A DNA stretch of 64,000 nt from an uncultured Spirochaetota bacterium (GTDB lineage Bacteria > Spirochaetota > Spirochaetia > SZUA-6 > Fen-1364). The translations under genes and the position numbers were made by a program. Numbering within the stretch: position 1 is the stretch's first letter; the number at the start of each line of letters is the position of its first letter. The notes under the pieces are model-generated. The model saw only the letters and a list, made by a program, of their open reading frames with translations. It was not told the DNA's origin and did no database searches. The stretch spans positions 32,001 to 96,000 of the forward strand of contig CAVUXE010000037.1 of NCBI GenBank assembly GCA_963745235.1, written 5' to 3'. Positions 50,873 to 62,348 of the stretch are shown piece by piece.

Positions 50873-52782
50873 ATCTCTTCATCCTCTGGGCGAAGCTCTT
50901 CCTGTCGCTGTCCCTGCTGATCCTGCTGGCCGCGCTGGCGCGAAGGCGGATGCTTCCCGGCCTGGGGCTCCTGGCGGCCCTGTTCGCGCTGCTCGCGGTC
51001 CGGGATGTCGCGTACAGCGTCTTCCCCAATCCTCTCCTGATACCGCTTTCGGATATCCCCGTCCTTGCGCTGCTTCTCGTCTGGTCACGGGTCGTCACCG
51101 GCGCCTGGCCCGCGGACAGGATCTACCTCGGCGTGAACGGCGCCTTCCTGGCCGGGGCGGTCCTTGCGTTGTTCTTCCCGCTTGTCACCCTGAACCCCTT
51201 TGCAGTCGGCCTCTTCCTGCTGGCGGACGTGGTGTATGTCGCCATTTCGATCGGCCTGGTGTCCCAGTACACGGCACAGAACGCGGCGCTCATTTTTCGA
51301 ACCAGGTTCATCCTGATCTCCGCCCTGTTCATCTCGCACGTGATCACGCTGCTCTACGGCTACGAAGGCCTGTGGGTGCACTGGGTGGTCCTTCCGCTCA
51401 CCTACCTCGCCTACGGCTCCACGCTCCTGGCCTATGAGCGTTTCACGAACGAGGAGCAGGAGAAGTCCATCCAGTTCTTCTCCTCGAACCTGGATTCCAC
51501 CTACGCGTTCATGGAAAACCTGGGAGGCGCCATCACGGCAAAGATCGACCTCCCGCGCGTCATGGAGATCATCATAGATTCAGCGGTCCGCGGCATCGGC
51601 GCGGACGCCGGTGCCATCCTCATGGTGGACGAGTACCAGGACGTGCTGCGCGTGCGGTCCACCTACGGCATCTACCCCCCGCTCCTTCCCGTGCCGGACC
51701 TCGCCAAAGTGAGAACCAGCAGCCTGAAGCAGCACTTCCGCGACACGCCCATCCCCATCGGGGCAACCGTGCTCGGCGAAGCGGTGAAGAGCGGGCTGTC
51801 AGTGATGATCCGGGATTGCCGTGAGGATCCCCGCATGGGGCAGAACGTGAAGGACGACATCCTTTTTGTCAGCTCCCTCCTCGCCATCCCCCTCGTTGTC
51901 GGCAACCGGGTCCTTGGCGTCATCTCCGCCCTGAAGAGGGCGGAGAACCAGCACTTCACCGACCTGGATTTCCAGCACCTGAAGACCTTCGCGGACTACG
52001 CCTCCATCACCATTGACAACCTCTATACCTACCTGGAGGTCCTGGAAAAGCGCCAGATGGAGAAAGAGGTCGAAATAGCCGCGCAGATCCAGAAGCGCCT
52101 CCTGCCCGCCGAGCTTCCCCAGCTTCCCCTGGCGTCCCTGGCCGTGCACAGCCTGCCGGCGCGCGGCGTGAGCGGAGACTACTATGACGTGCTCCCTCTG
52201 GACGGGGACAAGGTGGCGCTCGTCATCTGCGACGTGGCGGGCAAGGGGATACCCGCGGCCATGGTCATGGTGATGATCCGCTCCATCGTTCACCTCCTGG
52301 TCACTCCCGGGAGGGACGCCGCCGCCACGCTCACCGAGATCAACCAGGGCATCACGGGGCGCATAGAGATCGACCATTTCGCGACCATCGGGGTGCTCAT
52401 CTATGACCAGGGCCGCCGGGAAGCACAGTACGCGAACGCCGCCCACCTGCCCCTCATGGTCTACCGCCATCGGACCGGTACCCTGGGGAAGCTGGATGCG
52501 AAGGGGCTTCCCATCGGGGTGGAACGCGACGCATCCTACGAGCTGAAGAACCTGCGCGTCGAGCCGGGGGACGTGCTCGTGCTCTGCACGGACGGGATCA
52601 TCGAGGCAATGAACGCGGACGGCCAGCAGTATACCCTGGGACGGCTGAAGGCCGTCATCGAGAAGAGCGCCGCCGCCGGGGCGGAGAAGCTCGTGGAGGC
52701 CATCCGGCGCGACGTGGACGCTCACGTGGGAGCGGCGCGCCAGCACGACGACCAGACGCTTCTGCTCCTGCAGGTCCGGTAG
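50869..52782 (+). CDS. Membrane GAF + PP2C (RsbU/SpoIIE-like) phosphatase
   Basis: Multi-TM N-terminus, GAF, VSGDYYD, DVAGKG, TDGIIE, DDQT. Confidence 0.92.
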   Translation: MNLFILWAKLFLSLSLLILLAALARRRMLPGLGLLAALFALLAVRDVAYSVFPNPLLIPLSDIPVLALLLVWSRVVTGAWPADRIYLGVNGAFLAGAVLALFFPLVTLNPFAVGLFLLADVVYVAISIGLVSQYTAQNAALIFRTRFILISALFISHVITLLYGYEGLWVHWVVLPLTYLAYGSTLLAYERFTNEEQEKSIQFFSSNLDSTYAFMENLGGAITAKIDLPRVMEIIIDSAVRGIGADAGAILMVDEYQDVLRVRSTYGIYPPLLPVPDLAKVRTSSLKQHFRDTPIPIGATVLGEAVKSGLSVMIRDCREDPRMGQNVKDDILFVSSLLAIPLVVGNRVLGVISALKRAENQHFTDLDFQHLKTFADYASITIDNLYTYLEVLEKRQMEKEVEIAAQIQKRLLPAELPQLPLASLAVHSLPARGVSGDYYDVLPLDGDKVALVICDVAGKGIPAAMVMVMIRSIVHLLVTPGRDAAATLTEINQGITGRIEIDHFATIGVLIYDQGRREAQYANAAHLPLMVYRHRTGTLGKLDAKGLPIGVERDASYELKNLRVEPGDVLVLCTDGIIEAMNADGQQYTLGRLKAVIEKSAAAGAEKLVEAIRRDVDAHVGAARQHDDQTLLLLQVR

Positions 52783-52789
52783 AAGAGGG

Positions 52790-53194
52790 GTGAGTGTGAA
52801 CTCAGTCATGGAACTGAAGCTGCGCAAGGCGGGGCCGATCTACGTCATTGACGTGATCGGGGAGATGGACCTGTACAACGCGTTCAAGCTCAAGGACCTC
52901 GTGCGGAAGATGGTGGATAGCAACGTGGCCAGCTTCATCCTCAACCTGGAGCACGTCTCGTACATGGACTCAAGCGGCATCGGCTCTCTCCTGTACGTGC
53001 ACTCCGAGCTGAAGAAGAAGGGCCTTCCGCTGCGCATCGTGGGAGTGACAGGCAGCGTACGGAAGGTCATCGAGCTGACCAAGCTCATGGAATACTTTCC
53101 CATTGTCGGCGGACTTGAACACCGCCTTGCAGCAGTTGAAACCCAAGACATAGAGGAAGCGTATGGAAGAGATGAGAGCGATCCTGGTGGATGA
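52790..53194 (+). CDS. STAS anti-anti-sigma factor
   Basis: GEMDLYNA, YMDSSGIG. Confidence 0.88.
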   Translation: MSVNSVMELKLRKAGPIYVIDVIGEMDLYNAFKLKDLVRKMVDSNVASFILNLEHVSYMDSSGIGSLLYVHSELKKKGLPLRIVGVTGSVRKVIELTKLMEYFPIVGGLEHRLAAVETQDIEEAYGRDESDPGG

Positions 53195-53711
53195 GGCGAG
53201 CGAGCTTTTCGACCGCACGGGCATGTTCTACAAGAAGTTCCCCAGCGACTTCCGGCAGATCCGCTACTTCACCCTCCTGATTCTCCAGAAGGCCCCGCCG
53301 GAGATGAAGGAAATCAACCTCCTGGAGCAGCAGATCAGCGAGCTGATCAAGAATGCCGTGAAGCACGGCAACCGCAAGGACCCCGGCAAGAGTGTCCACG
53401 TGTGGTCCGCGTTCGACGAGTCGAGCGCCCGGGTCATCGTGCAGGACGAGGGGGAGGGCTTCCGGAGACTGGAGGAATGGAACGAGTTCAACCGGAGGCG
53501 AAATGACTGCTTCCGGCGCCAGGATTTCGAGGAGATGGCGCAGTTCGTCTCCTACGTCACCCCGGACAGTGATGATCATGACGGCGGCAACGCCCTGTTC
53601 GCCGCCGTGGAGTACTGGGACGCGGGGCTGGTCTTCAATGAGAAGAAGAACTGCGTGGCCGCCGCGAAGCGCTTTCCCCACAAAAGGCATGGGATTGCTC
53701 TGGCGTCCTGA
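53163..53711 (+). CDS. RsbW-like HATPase (anti-sigma factor kinase)
   Basis: SELIKNAVKHGN, QDEGEGF. Confidence 0.8.
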   Translation: MEEMRAILVDEASELFDRTGMFYKKFPSDFRQIRYFTLLILQKAPPEMKEINLLEQQISELIKNAVKHGNRKDPGKSVHVWSAFDESSARVIVQDEGEGFRRLEEWNEFNRRRNDCFRRQDFEEMAQFVSYVTPDSDDHDGGNALFAAVEYWDAGLVFNEKKNCVAAAKRFPHKRHGIALAS

Positions 53712-53720
53712 GGAGGCCGC

Positions 53721-54884
53721 GTGAGGGCACGCAGGTCGCCCGTCATCGAGCTTCCTCTCAAGATCACGTTGACAACGGCTGGGGTGGAGTGGTTCATCCG
53801 CAACAAGCGCCAGCTGAAGCAGCTGCGCATGGCGGACAGCCGCCTTGAGTACGGGATCTCCGTGGCCATGATGTCCGCCGCGGCCCTCCAGAAGATGATC
53901 AACATCGACTACATCGCCTCGGTGGAGCTCGCGCGCTCGGAGTTCTACTCGAAACGCTCGGAGATCATCGACCTCACCAAGCTGATCGTCCACAGGATCC
54001 TCTTCAAGAAGTTCGAGAACGAGACCTCGCGGATGTTCATGGCCTCGGCCCTGATCAAGAAGTGGAACCGGCAGAACCCGGGGCGCTGCATAGATGAGAA
54101 CACGGCCTACAACCAGGGGCAGGTGGACACCCTGTTTGCCGGCATTGCCTCCGAGATCCCGCTGGTGTCCATGGACATCCAGGAGCCCCTGATGCGGAGG
54201 TACGCCGCCAACGCGGCGTTGAGCGATGAGGATCGCACGCTGCGCGCCTACCTCGCTGACGGGTTTGTCGTCAACGCATCCAAGCTCCTCTGGTGCATCC
54301 TCGCCAAATCGCGCGGCCAGCCCGAGTATGACGGGCTGATAGGCGAGCTGAGGGAAACCCTCGCGGGCTACGTGGAGAAGGCAGCCATTTCGGGGAACCT
54401 CGCGCTCATGGTGGTGGAGCTCCTGGGCTACACCGAGGTGAGCCACTACCGGCAGGTGACCGACCGTCTCCTCAAGGGACGCAAGACCGGTGATGCGCTG
54501 ATGACCGACGAGCGCATGCGCAGCGAGGTGCGCCGCCGCATGGAGGCGGAGGGCGACCTGCTCTCCCTGACGTTCCAGCTGGGAAGCAAGGGGGCCTCCA
54601 TCGGGACGGAGTACCGGCTGCGGGTGAGCATCTGCAACCAGGAGAAGAGCTTCCGCCGGCTGAACGAGCAGCTGGAGTCACGGCTCGGGATGGATGTGAA
54701 GGAGCACTCCCTGCTGGACTTCTATCGGCGCATCCCCGAGCAGCAGATCAACACCGAGCTGGGGCTGTACTACCTCTCTTACCTGCAAAAGGCCTGCGAG
54801 AAGCAGAACATCCGCATCGAGAGCACGGTCAACGTGATCCCGCGCAGCGACCTCACGCTGATCAACCTGACACTGGGGTTCTGA
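53721..54884 (+). CDS. Hypothetical protein in the partner-switching operon
   Basis: Long ORF with RBS GAGGAGG; no family recognised with confidence. Confidence 0.7.
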   Translation: MRARRSPVIELPLKITLTTAGVEWFIRNKRQLKQLRMADSRLEYGISVAMMSAAALQKMINIDYIASVELARSEFYSKRSEIIDLTKLIVHRILFKKFENETSRMFMASALIKKWNRQNPGRCIDENTAYNQGQVDTLFAGIASEIPLVSMDIQEPLMRRYAANAALSDEDRTLRAYLADGFVVNASKLLWCILAKSRGQPEYDGLIGELRETLAGYVEKAAISGNLALMVVELLGYTEVSHYRQVTDRLLKGRKTGDALMTDERMRSEVRRRMEAEGDLLSLTFQLGSKGASIGTEYRLRVSICNQEKSFRRLNEQLESRLGMDVKEHSLLDFYRRIPEQQINTELGLYYLSYLQKACEKQNIRIESTVNVIPRSDLTLINLTLGF

Positions 54885-54912
54885 GGCCCGCGTCGCGGAG
54901 CCCGCCCGGCTG

Positions 54913-56709
54913 TCAGCGGGCTTCTATCTCTTCCACTCCCTGCCAGTCCGCCGGCGCGCCGAGGGCAACCAGGTTTTCGCAGCGCCTCTGGTAGATGCTG
55001 AGGATCTTGTCATCAGTGTTCGCGGCCCTGAGCCGCACCACGATTTCCCGGGAGTCCTCGAAGTGTCGGCCGAAATACAGCCGCAGCGCGCGGGCAAGCT
55101 CATCCTTGTACGAGGCGCGCTGCCGGGCCTGGTCCTCGCTCTCCCCATCCAGGATCTCGAACAGGAGGATGGCCTCCTGCCTTCCCCGCACGCGCACCCG
55201 GTCGATGAACCGGTAGGAGAACCTGCGCGGATCCGTGAGAGCCCTCAGGGTCTGGCCGGTGGTCAGGATGGACGACCCGTACACCCGGGTGAGCGTCTGC
55301 ACCCGGGAGCACAGGTTCACCGCGTCGGCGATCACCGAGCCGTCCATGCGCTGGTGCTCTCCGACGGTCCCCAGCATCAGCTTCCCCGCGTTCACCCCGA
55401 CGCCGATCCCGATGGGCCCGTACCCGCTTTTCGCGCGGTCCGCGTTGTAGCTGACGAGCTTCTTCTGCATGGCAACGGCCGCCGCGAGCGCGTCGTCGGG
55501 CTTGTGTGGAAACAGGGCCATGATCTCGTCCCCGATGTACTTGTCGATGAAACCGCCGTTGGCCCGGATCTCCGGACCCATGCGCCGCAGGTACGAGTTG
55601 ATGAAGTTGAAGTTCTCTTCGGGCGTCATGGACTCGGAGAGCGTCGTGAAAGACCTGATGTCGGAGAACAGCACCGTCATGTCTTTCTGCGTCTGGTCTC
55701 CGAGCTTCACGTCCAGGATGCTTCCTTTTTCGAGGAGCCGGAGGAACTCGTGGGGCACGAACTTGCCGTAGGCTTCCAGGAACGCGGCCTGGCGAGCGCT
55801 GAACTCCTGGATGGTCTCCGCCATGTGGTTGAAGCTGATGCTGAGCCTGCCCACCTCGTCACGGGAACGCACGTTGGAGCGAACATTCATGTTGTCCTTG
55901 TCGAACGTGCGCACCACCTTGTCCAGCGTGATGATGCCGTGGGTGAAGAGCGTTCCCAGGAGGATGGAGCTTGCCACCGTCAGCGCCAGGGCGGCGGCAA
56001 CCACGGCAAGCGCGATGGTCGTTGCGCTGGAGACGATGGCGCGCACGTCCGTGTCCACCATGTCCATGGCCAGCACGCCCACGAAAGTCCCGTTTCGAGC
56101 GAACACGGGGGCATAGCCGGTAATCGAGTTGACCTTGAAGTCCGGGTCCCACGACCAGGAGTCCTCCACCAGCGGCACCTGTGACGCGAGCGCCCGCTCC
56201 GCAACCGGATATTGCGAGATATCGAAGACGGAAGAGAAGTGAGAGATGTCCTCCGTCTTCTCCCCGGCCGCCTGCCGCGCCTTGTCGCGAAGCACGTCAC
56301 CGTCGACGATATACAGGGCCGTCTTGGGATCATCCGTCGGAGCGAAGGTGTAGATGTAGCGCACGAGCTTGCTCTCCACCCCGCGGACCCGGTTCAACTG
56401 GTCCGAGACGATGCGGAAGTCGGCGGAGCTCTCGATGCGGTCCGTCACGTCTGAGGGAAGATCCCTGGCGATCCGGGCGCGCAATCGCGCCAGGGCCTCC
56501 GTGTCCACGACGTTCGTCCCCACGCGGGCAAGGTCAAGGACCCTTCCCTGCATCTGGCGCAGGAGGCCGGCGTTCAGGATGCTGTAGACGCTCACCGAGA
56601 GCAGGCCGCTCACCGCCATCCCGACGATGAGGAACGTGAGAATGATCTTCAGCCGAAGGCTGAAATTGACGCGCACGGTCTGGACCGTCCCGCCGCCATC
56701 ATCCGGCAT
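54913..56709 (-). CDS. Membrane class III adenylate/guanylate cyclase with HAMP
   Basis: VLFSDIRSFT, IDKYIGD, DAVNLCSR. Confidence 0.92.
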   Translation of the reverse strand: MPDDGGGTVQTVRVNFSLRLKIILTFLIVGMAVSGLLSVSVYSILNAGLLRQMQGRVLDLARVGTNVVDTEALARLRARIARDLPSDVTDRIESSADFRIVSDQLNRVRGVESKLVRYIYTFAPTDDPKTALYIVDGDVLRDKARQAAGEKTEDISHFSSVFDISQYPVAERALASQVPLVEDSWSWDPDFKVNSITGYAPVFARNGTFVGVLAMDMVDTDVRAIVSSATTIALAVVAAALALTVASSILLGTLFTHGIITLDKVVRTFDKDNMNVRSNVRSRDEVGRLSISFNHMAETIQEFSARQAAFLEAYGKFVPHEFLRLLEKGSILDVKLGDQTQKDMTVLFSDIRSFTTLSESMTPEENFNFINSYLRRMGPEIRANGGFIDKYIGDEIMALFPHKPDDALAAAVAMQKKLVSYNADRAKSGYGPIGIGVGVNAGKLMLGTVGEHQRMDGSVIADAVNLCSRVQTLTRVYGSSILTTGQTLRALTDPRRFSYRFIDRVRVRGRQEAILLFEILDGESEDQARQRASYKDELARALRLYFGRHFEDSREIVVRLRAANTDDKILSIYQRRCENLVALGAPADWQGVEEIEAR

Positions 56710-57346
56710 CCCTCAGCCTCCTCACCGGCAGTCCCCAGTCCCGAGCCAGCTCGAAAGCCGCTTCCTCCGCGGACCGAAAGACGAGGGCGGGGATCCCGAC
56801 TGCCCGGGCCCCCGCGGCATTTTCCGGGACATCATCGAGGAAGACGCACTCCTCGGGCGACGCGCCGAGCTTTTCCAGGCACAGCCGGTATATTGCAGGG
56901 TCCGGCTTGACCAGGAAATGCTCGCAGGAGAATACGGCGACGTCGAAATCCTTGATCCACCGGAACTGCCCGTCCGCCCGCATGAAGGCGAGCTTCTCCG
57001 AGGGCATGTTGGAAAGGATAGCCGTGCGATACCCAGCCTCGCGAAGCTCGTACGACCAGTCCACGACCCGTTGATTGACCCGCGACCACCCCAGGGCATC
57101 CTCACGCTCGATGCGGCCAAGCAGGTCCGGCGTCGCCTCCACTCCGCCCGCGACGAAAAGGCGGCGCCAGTACTCATCCGTGTCCAGCGTGCCCCTGTCC
57201 AGCTCAATCCTGTCCCGCCGGTAGGCGGCGTGAAACTCCGCGGGTGAGAGATGCGTGAGGCTCATCATGGCGGCTTCCCTCTCGGGGTCCAGAGGCAGCC
57301 CGAGCACCCCGCCGAAGTCGAAAATCACCGTTGTGAGAGGTGTCAT
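56699..57346 (-). CDS. HAD-family phosphatase
   Basis: IFDFGGV, ILSN, KPDPAIY, FLDD. Confidence 0.88.
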   Translation of the reverse strand: MTPLTTVIFDFGGVLGLPLDPEREAAMMSLTHLSPAEFHAAYRRDRIELDRGTLDTDEYWRRLFVAGGVEATPDLLGRIEREDALGWSRVNQRVVDWSYELREAGYRTAILSNMPSEKLAFMRADGQFRWIKDFDVAVFSCEHFLVKPDPAIYRLCLEKLGASPEECVFLDDVPENAAGARAVGIPALVFRSAEEAAFELARDWGLPVRRLRDAG

Positions 57347-57693
57347 CAGACCGCGTATTCCGGCCTCATGGGCGCAAAGCACTCGATGACCTCGCTGTCC
57401 TCCAGGACCTCCGCGCCGTGCTTCTCCCGAGGGGCAAAGCAATAGCCGGTCCCCGCTTCAGCGACGAACTCTTCCCCTGCCTCACGGATCATTCGAAGCT
57501 TGCCGCGAATGACATACCCGTTCTGGGCGGCATCATGACTGTGCAGGGGAACGACCGCGCTCTGTTTCATGGTGTAATGACAGACCATGATCTGGTCGTT
57601 GTACGCGAGTGTGGCGCGCACGATTCCCGCCGGATTCTCGACAAGGGGGGAATCTCCCGCGCGGGCAACACGACGTGGTGTGTGCTGTGGCAT
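57346..57693 (-). CDS. Cupin domain protein
   Basis: VPLHSH..Q.GYVIRG, H..EVLEDS..IECFAP.R. Confidence 0.8.
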   Translation of the reverse strand: MPQHTPRRVARAGDSPLVENPAGIVRATLAYNDQIMVCHYTMKQSAVVPLHSHDAAQNGYVIRGKLRMIREAGEEFVAEAGTGYCFAPREKHGAEVLEDSEVIECFAPMRPEYAV

Positions 57694-57813
57694 TCCGGGA
57701 TCATAGCGTCCCCCGGCCATTCGTTCAATCCTAGCGGAGAATTAGCGGGATTGGGCAGAAGCTTAACGCCATCCCCATAGCCCCGGGGCGGCTGGACGGA
57801 CTACTGTGGATGC

Positions 57814-57903
57814 ATGAACGCTCAATTGATCATTGCAGGAATCATTGGAATCTTCCTTCTCTTCTACCTCATCTATTCCATCGCGCGTCCGGACAAGTTC
57901 TAG
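57814..57903 (+). CDS. kdpF: K+-transporting ATPase subunit F (not in the ORF track)
   Basis: MNAQLIIAGIIGIFLLFYLIYSIARPDKF directly before kdpA. Confidence 0.88.
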   Translation: MNAQLIIAGIIGIFLLFYLIYSIARPDKF

Positions 57904-57912
57904 GAGACAGCA

Positions 57913-59631
57913 ATGAGCACGACAAACTGGATCCAGCTCATCGTGTACCTCGGGATTCTCTTTGCCCTGGCGCCCTTCCTGGGCAAGTTCATGGCCCGTG
58001 TCTACGGGGACGAGAAACACATTCTCTCTTTCCTCAAGCCGCTGGAGAAGGGAATCTATCGGATCTCGGGGATCGATTCGAGCCAGGAGATGAACTGGAA
58101 GCAGTACGCCGCGGCGCTGCTTGCGCTGAACGTCCTGGGCTTCCTGTTCCTCTCCCTGCTCCTGGTGACCCAGAAATGGCTGCCGCTGAACCCCGCAAAG
58201 ATCGACAACATGTCCTGGCACCTGGCGCTGAACACCGCGGTCAGCTTCATGACGAACACGAACTGGCAGAACTACGGCGGGGAGAATGCCGCCAGCTACC
58301 TCTCCCAGATGGCGGGGCTGGCAGTGCAGAACTTCCTGAGCGCCGCCACGGGCATGGCGGCCCTCCTGGTCCTCGTCCGAGGGATCGCAAACAGGCCGAA
58401 AAACGGCACCACCAGGCTGGCAATGGACAATGTTCAGCTTGGCAACTTCTGGGTCGACCTGACTCGCTCGACTCTGTACATCCTCCTGCCCCTGTCGCTG
58501 ATTCTCGCCGTCCTGCTCATGTCGCAGGGAGTCATCCAGACCTTTGCCGGCCCGGTCCATGCGGTGACCCTGGAAGGGAAGGACCAGGTCATCCCCCTGG
58601 GGCCTGCCGCCTCGCAGATTGCGATCAAGCAGCTGGGAACGAATGGCGGAGGTTTCTTCAACGCGAACTCGGCGCATCCTTTCGAGAATCCAACGCCGCT
58701 CACCAACTTGTTCGAGATGCTCGCGATCCTCCTCATCCCCGTGGCGACCCCCTTCGCGTACGGGCGGATGGTGAGGGACAGGAGCCAGGGATACTCGCTG
58801 TTTGCGGCCAAGACCGTTCTCTTCGCCATCGGGCTGATCGTGATCCTGTTTGCCGAATACGGCTTCAACGGCATGACGGGAGGGCACGGTACCATGGAGG
58901 GAAGGGAAACGCGATTCGGTATTGCGGGAAGCGCAATGTGGGCCGAAGCCACCACGGTGACCTCCAACGGATCGGTGAACTCCATGCATGACAGCTTCTC
59001 GCCCCTCGGCGGGATGGTCCCGCTCACGAATATCCTGCTCGGCGAGATCATCTACGGCGGCGTGGGCTGCGGCATGTACGGGATGCTGGTCTTCCTGTTC
59101 GTCACGGTGTTCATCGCCGGGCTGATGGTGGGCAGAACGCCGGAGTACATGGGAAAGAAGATCGAGTCGCGCGAAATGCAGCTGTCGGTCCTCGCAATCA
59201 TCGGGCAGACCTGCACCGTCCTTTTCCTGGCCGCAGCCGGGGTTGCCACGAAGGCGGGTCTCTCCGGCCTCAACAACCAGGGACCGCACGGGTTGACGGA
59301 AATCCTGTACGTGTTCGGCTCCAGCGTCGGGAACAACGGCAGCGCCTTTGCCGGCCTGAACGGCAACACGATCTTCTACAATACCCTGGGAGCGTTCGCG
59401 ATGCTCGTGGGCAGGTTCGTGCTCGTGATCCCGGTCTTCGCAATCTCGGGAAGCCTGGGCGCCAAGACTCCCATCCCCGCCAGCGTCGGGACATTTGCGA
59501 CCAACAACACGATCTTCGTGGTCCTGCTCGTGATCACCATCATCATCATAGCAGGGTTGAACTTCTTCCCCGCCCTGACCCTCGGGCCGATCGTTGAGCA
59601 CTTCCTGGCCCTCAAGGGCATGGTCTTCTAG
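57913..59631 (+). CDS. kdpA: K+-transporting ATPase subunit A
   Basis: [34 protein letters not shown]. Confidence 0.97.
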   Translation: MSTTNWIQLIVYLGILFALAPFLGKFMARVYGDEKHILSFLKPLEKGIYRISGIDSSQEMNWKQYAAALLALNVLGFLFLSLLLVTQKWLPLNPAKIDNMSWHLALNTAVSFMTNTNWQNYGGENAASYLSQMAGLAVQNFLSAATGMAALLVLVRGIANRPKNGTTRLAMDNVQLGNFWVDLTRSTLYILLPLSLILAVLLMSQGVIQTFAGPVHAVTLEGKDQVIPLGPAASQIAIKQLGTNGGGFFNANSAHPFENPTPLTNLFEMLAILLIPVATPFAYGRMVRDRSQGYSLFAAKTVLFAIGLIVILFAEYGFNGMTGGHGTMEGRETRFGIAGSAMWAEATTVTSNGSVNSMHDSFSPLGGMVPLTNILLGEIIYGGVGCGMYGMLVFLFVTVFIAGLMVGRTPEYMGKKIESREMQLSVLAIIGQTCTVLFLAAAGVATKAGLSGLNNQGPHGLTEILYVFGSSVGNNGSAFAGLNGNTIFYNTLGAFAMLVGRFVLVIPVFAISGSLGAKTPIPASVGTFATNNTIFVVLLVITIIIIAGLNFFPALTLGPIVEHFLALKGMVF

Positions 59632-59642
59632 AGGACACGCAC

Positions 59643-61718
59643 ATGAGACAGGAAATTCGTCTTTCAAGCCTTCCCGTCCTGGCCCGCGCCACGGGAATGG
59701 CTTTCCGGAAGCTCGACCCCCGGGGGGAGATCAGGAACCCGGTCATGTTCATGGTCTGGATCGGCTCCGTCTTCATCTCCCTCGTGTTCATCCTCGACGC
59801 ATTCCGAGGCCTGTACAACGGCTTCAACCTCCAGATCGCCATCTGGCTGTGGTTCACGGTCCTGTTCGCGAACTTCTCCGAATCCCTGGCCGAGATCCAG
59901 GGAAAGGCGCGGGCGGACTCGCTTCGGGCCATGCGCACAAAGACCATTGCCCGCCGGCTCCTGAACGGCAGCGGCCGGGAGGAGAAGGTCCCCTCCATCG
60001 AGCTGCGCCTCGGAGACCGCGTGGTGTGCGAGACCGGGGACACCATCCCCGGAGACGGGGAGGTGGTGGAGGGGATCGCGAGCGTCGACGAGTCCGCGAT
60101 AACGGGAGAATCCGCTCCGGTCATACGGGAGTCCGGCGGCGACCGCAGCGCCGTCACGGGAGGGACGAAGGTCATCAGCGACCGCATCGTCGTGAGGATC
60201 ACCGCGGAGCAAGGCAAGACCTTCGTGGACAGGTTGATCGGGCTGGTTGAAAACGCGACGCGGCAGAAAACACCCGGAGAGATAGCGCTCCTCATTCTCC
60301 TCTCCGCCTTTTCCATCATCTTCCTGGCGGCGGTCGGGACCCTGTGGTTCTTTTCCGATTACAGCGCAAAACAATCCGGCAGCACCGTCTTCATTACAAC
60401 GGCTGTCCTCTTCGCCCTCCTGGTCTGCCTGATCCCGACGACAATCGGCGGGCTCCTCTCCGCCATCGGCATCTCCAGCGTCAGCCGGCTCATCAAGAAG
60501 AACGTGCTCGCCCTCAGCGGCCGCGCGGTTGATGCCGCCGGCGACATCGACGTGATGCTCCTGGACAAGACGGGCACCGTGACGATGGGAAACCGGATGG
60601 CCTCTTCCTTTTTCCCGGCCAAGGGAGTGACGCAGGCCGCGGTGGCGGAAGCGGCCCTCCTTGCCTCGCTCGCGGATGAGACGCCCGAGGGCAGGTCAAT
60701 CGTCAACCTGGCCAGGCGTGATTACGCGGTGAAGGCCGCGAGCGTGCAGGAAATCGGAGGACGGTTCGTCCCGTTCTCCGCAAAGACGCGCATGAGCGGG
60801 CTGGACTTCGAGGATGAGCGCAGGCACATCAGGAAGGGCGCCGCGGAGGCCGTCAAGGAATGGGTGCTTGCCGCGGGCGGCAGATTCCCGCCGGAAGTGG
60901 ACACCGAGGTGAAGAGGATTTCCGCGGAGGGAGGGACGCCGCTGGTCGTTGCCCGCGGCAGCGAGGTCCTCGGGGCAGTCTACCTCAAGGACGTGGTCAA
61001 GGGCGGCATCAAGGACCGCCTGTCTCACCTGCGGCAGATGGGGATCCGCTCCATCATGATCACGGGAGACAACCCCCTGACTGCGGCCACTATCGCCGCG
61101 GAAGCGGGAGTGGACGACTTCATTGCGGAGGCCACTCCGCAAGCCAAGCTGGAGCGCATCCGCGCGGAGCAGAAGAACGGCCACCTGGTGGCCATGATCG
61201 GGGACGGCACGAACGACGCCCCTGCCCTCGCCCAGGCCGACGTGGGAGTGGCGATGAGCTCGGGCACGCAGGTGGCTCGCGAAGCGGGCAACATGGTGGA
61301 CCTGGACTCCAACCCGACCAAGCTCATCGACATCGTGGAGGTGGGCAAGGAGCAGCTGATCACCCGCGGGGCGCTCACGACGTTCAGCATCGCGAATGAC
61401 GTGGCGAAGTTCTTCGCCATCCTGCCCGCCATGTTCGTTACGCTGTACGCCGCGAAAGGCGCAGTCGGACCGCTGTGGGCGTTGAACGTCATGCGGCTGG
61501 CCTCTCCGCAAAGCGCCGTGCTCTCCGCGGTGATCTTCAACGCGCTCATCATCGTGGCGCTCATTCCCCTGGCTCTGCGCGGCGTGCGCTACCGGGCCAT
61601 CGGGGCGAACCGGATCCTGAGGCGAAACCTTCTCATCTACGGCCTGGGAGGGATCATCGCGCCGTTCATCGGGATCAAGGCGATCGACCTCCTGGTCCAC
61701 CTCATCGGCCTTGCGTGA
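59643..61718 (+). CDS. kdpB: K+-transporting ATPase subunit B
   Basis: [24 protein letters not shown]. Confidence 0.97.
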   Translation: MRQEIRLSSLPVLARATGMAFRKLDPRGEIRNPVMFMVWIGSVFISLVFILDAFRGLYNGFNLQIAIWLWFTVLFANFSESLAEIQGKARADSLRAMRTKTIARRLLNGSGREEKVPSIELRLGDRVVCETGDTIPGDGEVVEGIASVDESAITGESAPVIRESGGDRSAVTGGTKVISDRIVVRITAEQGKTFVDRLIGLVENATRQKTPGEIALLILLSAFSIIFLAAVGTLWFFSDYSAKQSGSTVFITTAVLFALLVCLIPTTIGGLLSAIGISSVSRLIKKNVLALSGRAVDAAGDIDVMLLDKTGTVTMGNRMASSFFPAKGVTQAAVAEAALLASLADETPEGRSIVNLARRDYAVKAASVQEIGGRFVPFSAKTRMSGLDFEDERRHIRKGAAEAVKEWVLAAGGRFPPEVDTEVKRISAEGGTPLVVARGSEVLGAVYLKDVVKGGIKDRLSHLRQMGIRSIMITGDNPLTAATIAAEAGVDDFIAEATPQAKLERIRAEQKNGHLVAMIGDGTNDAPALAQADVGVAMSSGTQVAREAGNMVDLDSNPTKLIDIVEVGKEQLITRGALTTFSIANDVAKFFAILPAMFVTLYAAKGAVGPLWALNVMRLASPQSAVLSAVIFNALIIVALIPLALRGVRYRAIGANRILRRNLLIYGLGGIIAPFIGIKAIDLLVHLIGLA

Positions 61719-61731
61719 CGGGAGGAATGAC

Positions 61732-62304
61732 ATGAAACCCATCAGGACGGCCATCATCGTGTTCGTGTTCTGGACCATCGTTGTCGGCGGGATCTATCCC
61801 CTGCTGATGACCGGGATCGGCAGCCGCGCTGTTCCCCAAGGAAGGCCCAGGGAAGCCTGGTCGCAAAAGACGGAAAAGTGGTCGGCTCGGCGCTGCTCGC
61901 GCAGGATTTTTCCACGCGACGTCTACTTCCATCCCCGGCCCTCGGCCGCGAAGTATGATCCCACCAACTCGGGAGCCAGCAACTGGGGCTGGACGAGCTC
62001 GGACTTGAAAAAGGCCTACGACCAGCGCAAGAGCGACTGGCAGAAAGCGTATGGTCCAGCGGAGCCCCCCATGGATATGATGTTCGCCTCTGCAAGCGGC
62101 CTTGACCCCGATATCAGCCCGACGGCCGCCGAGGCGCAGGTGAAGAGAGTCGCTTCCGCCCGGCAGCTGGGAACGGACAAGGAGGCGCAGCTCCTTTCCC
62201 TGGTGCGCTCATTCGAGGAGGGACCCCAGCTCGGCTTCCTGGGGGAACCGAGGGTCGACGTCCTGGCACTGAACCTTGCGGTGGACAAGCGGTTCCCTAA
62301 GTAG
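61732..62304 (+). CDS. kdpC: K+-transporting ATPase subunit C (short out-of-frame stretch at ~61825-61915)
   Basis: YFHPRPSA, SGASN, ASASGLDPDIS, GEPRV.VL.LN. Confidence 0.9.
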   Translation: MKPIRTAIIVFVFWTIVVGGIYPLLMTGIGSRAVPQGRPREAWSQKTEKWSARRCSRRIFPRDVYFHPRPSAAKYDPTNSGASNWGWTSSDLKKAYDQRKSDWQKAYGPAEPPMDMMFASASGLDPDISPTAAEAQVKRVASARQLGTDKEAQLLSLVRSFEEGPQLGFLGEPRVDVLALNLAVDKRFPK

Positions 62305-62348
62305 CCCGTCGGTGCGATACTCCTCCGTGATGCAGAGCGGAGCCCTGG

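Noticed and set aside
57763-61778. Long antisense ORFs over kdpA/kdpB, and similar ones elsewhere
   Set aside because: These are shadow ORFs typical of high-GC coding DNA; the opposite strand has clear family motifs.
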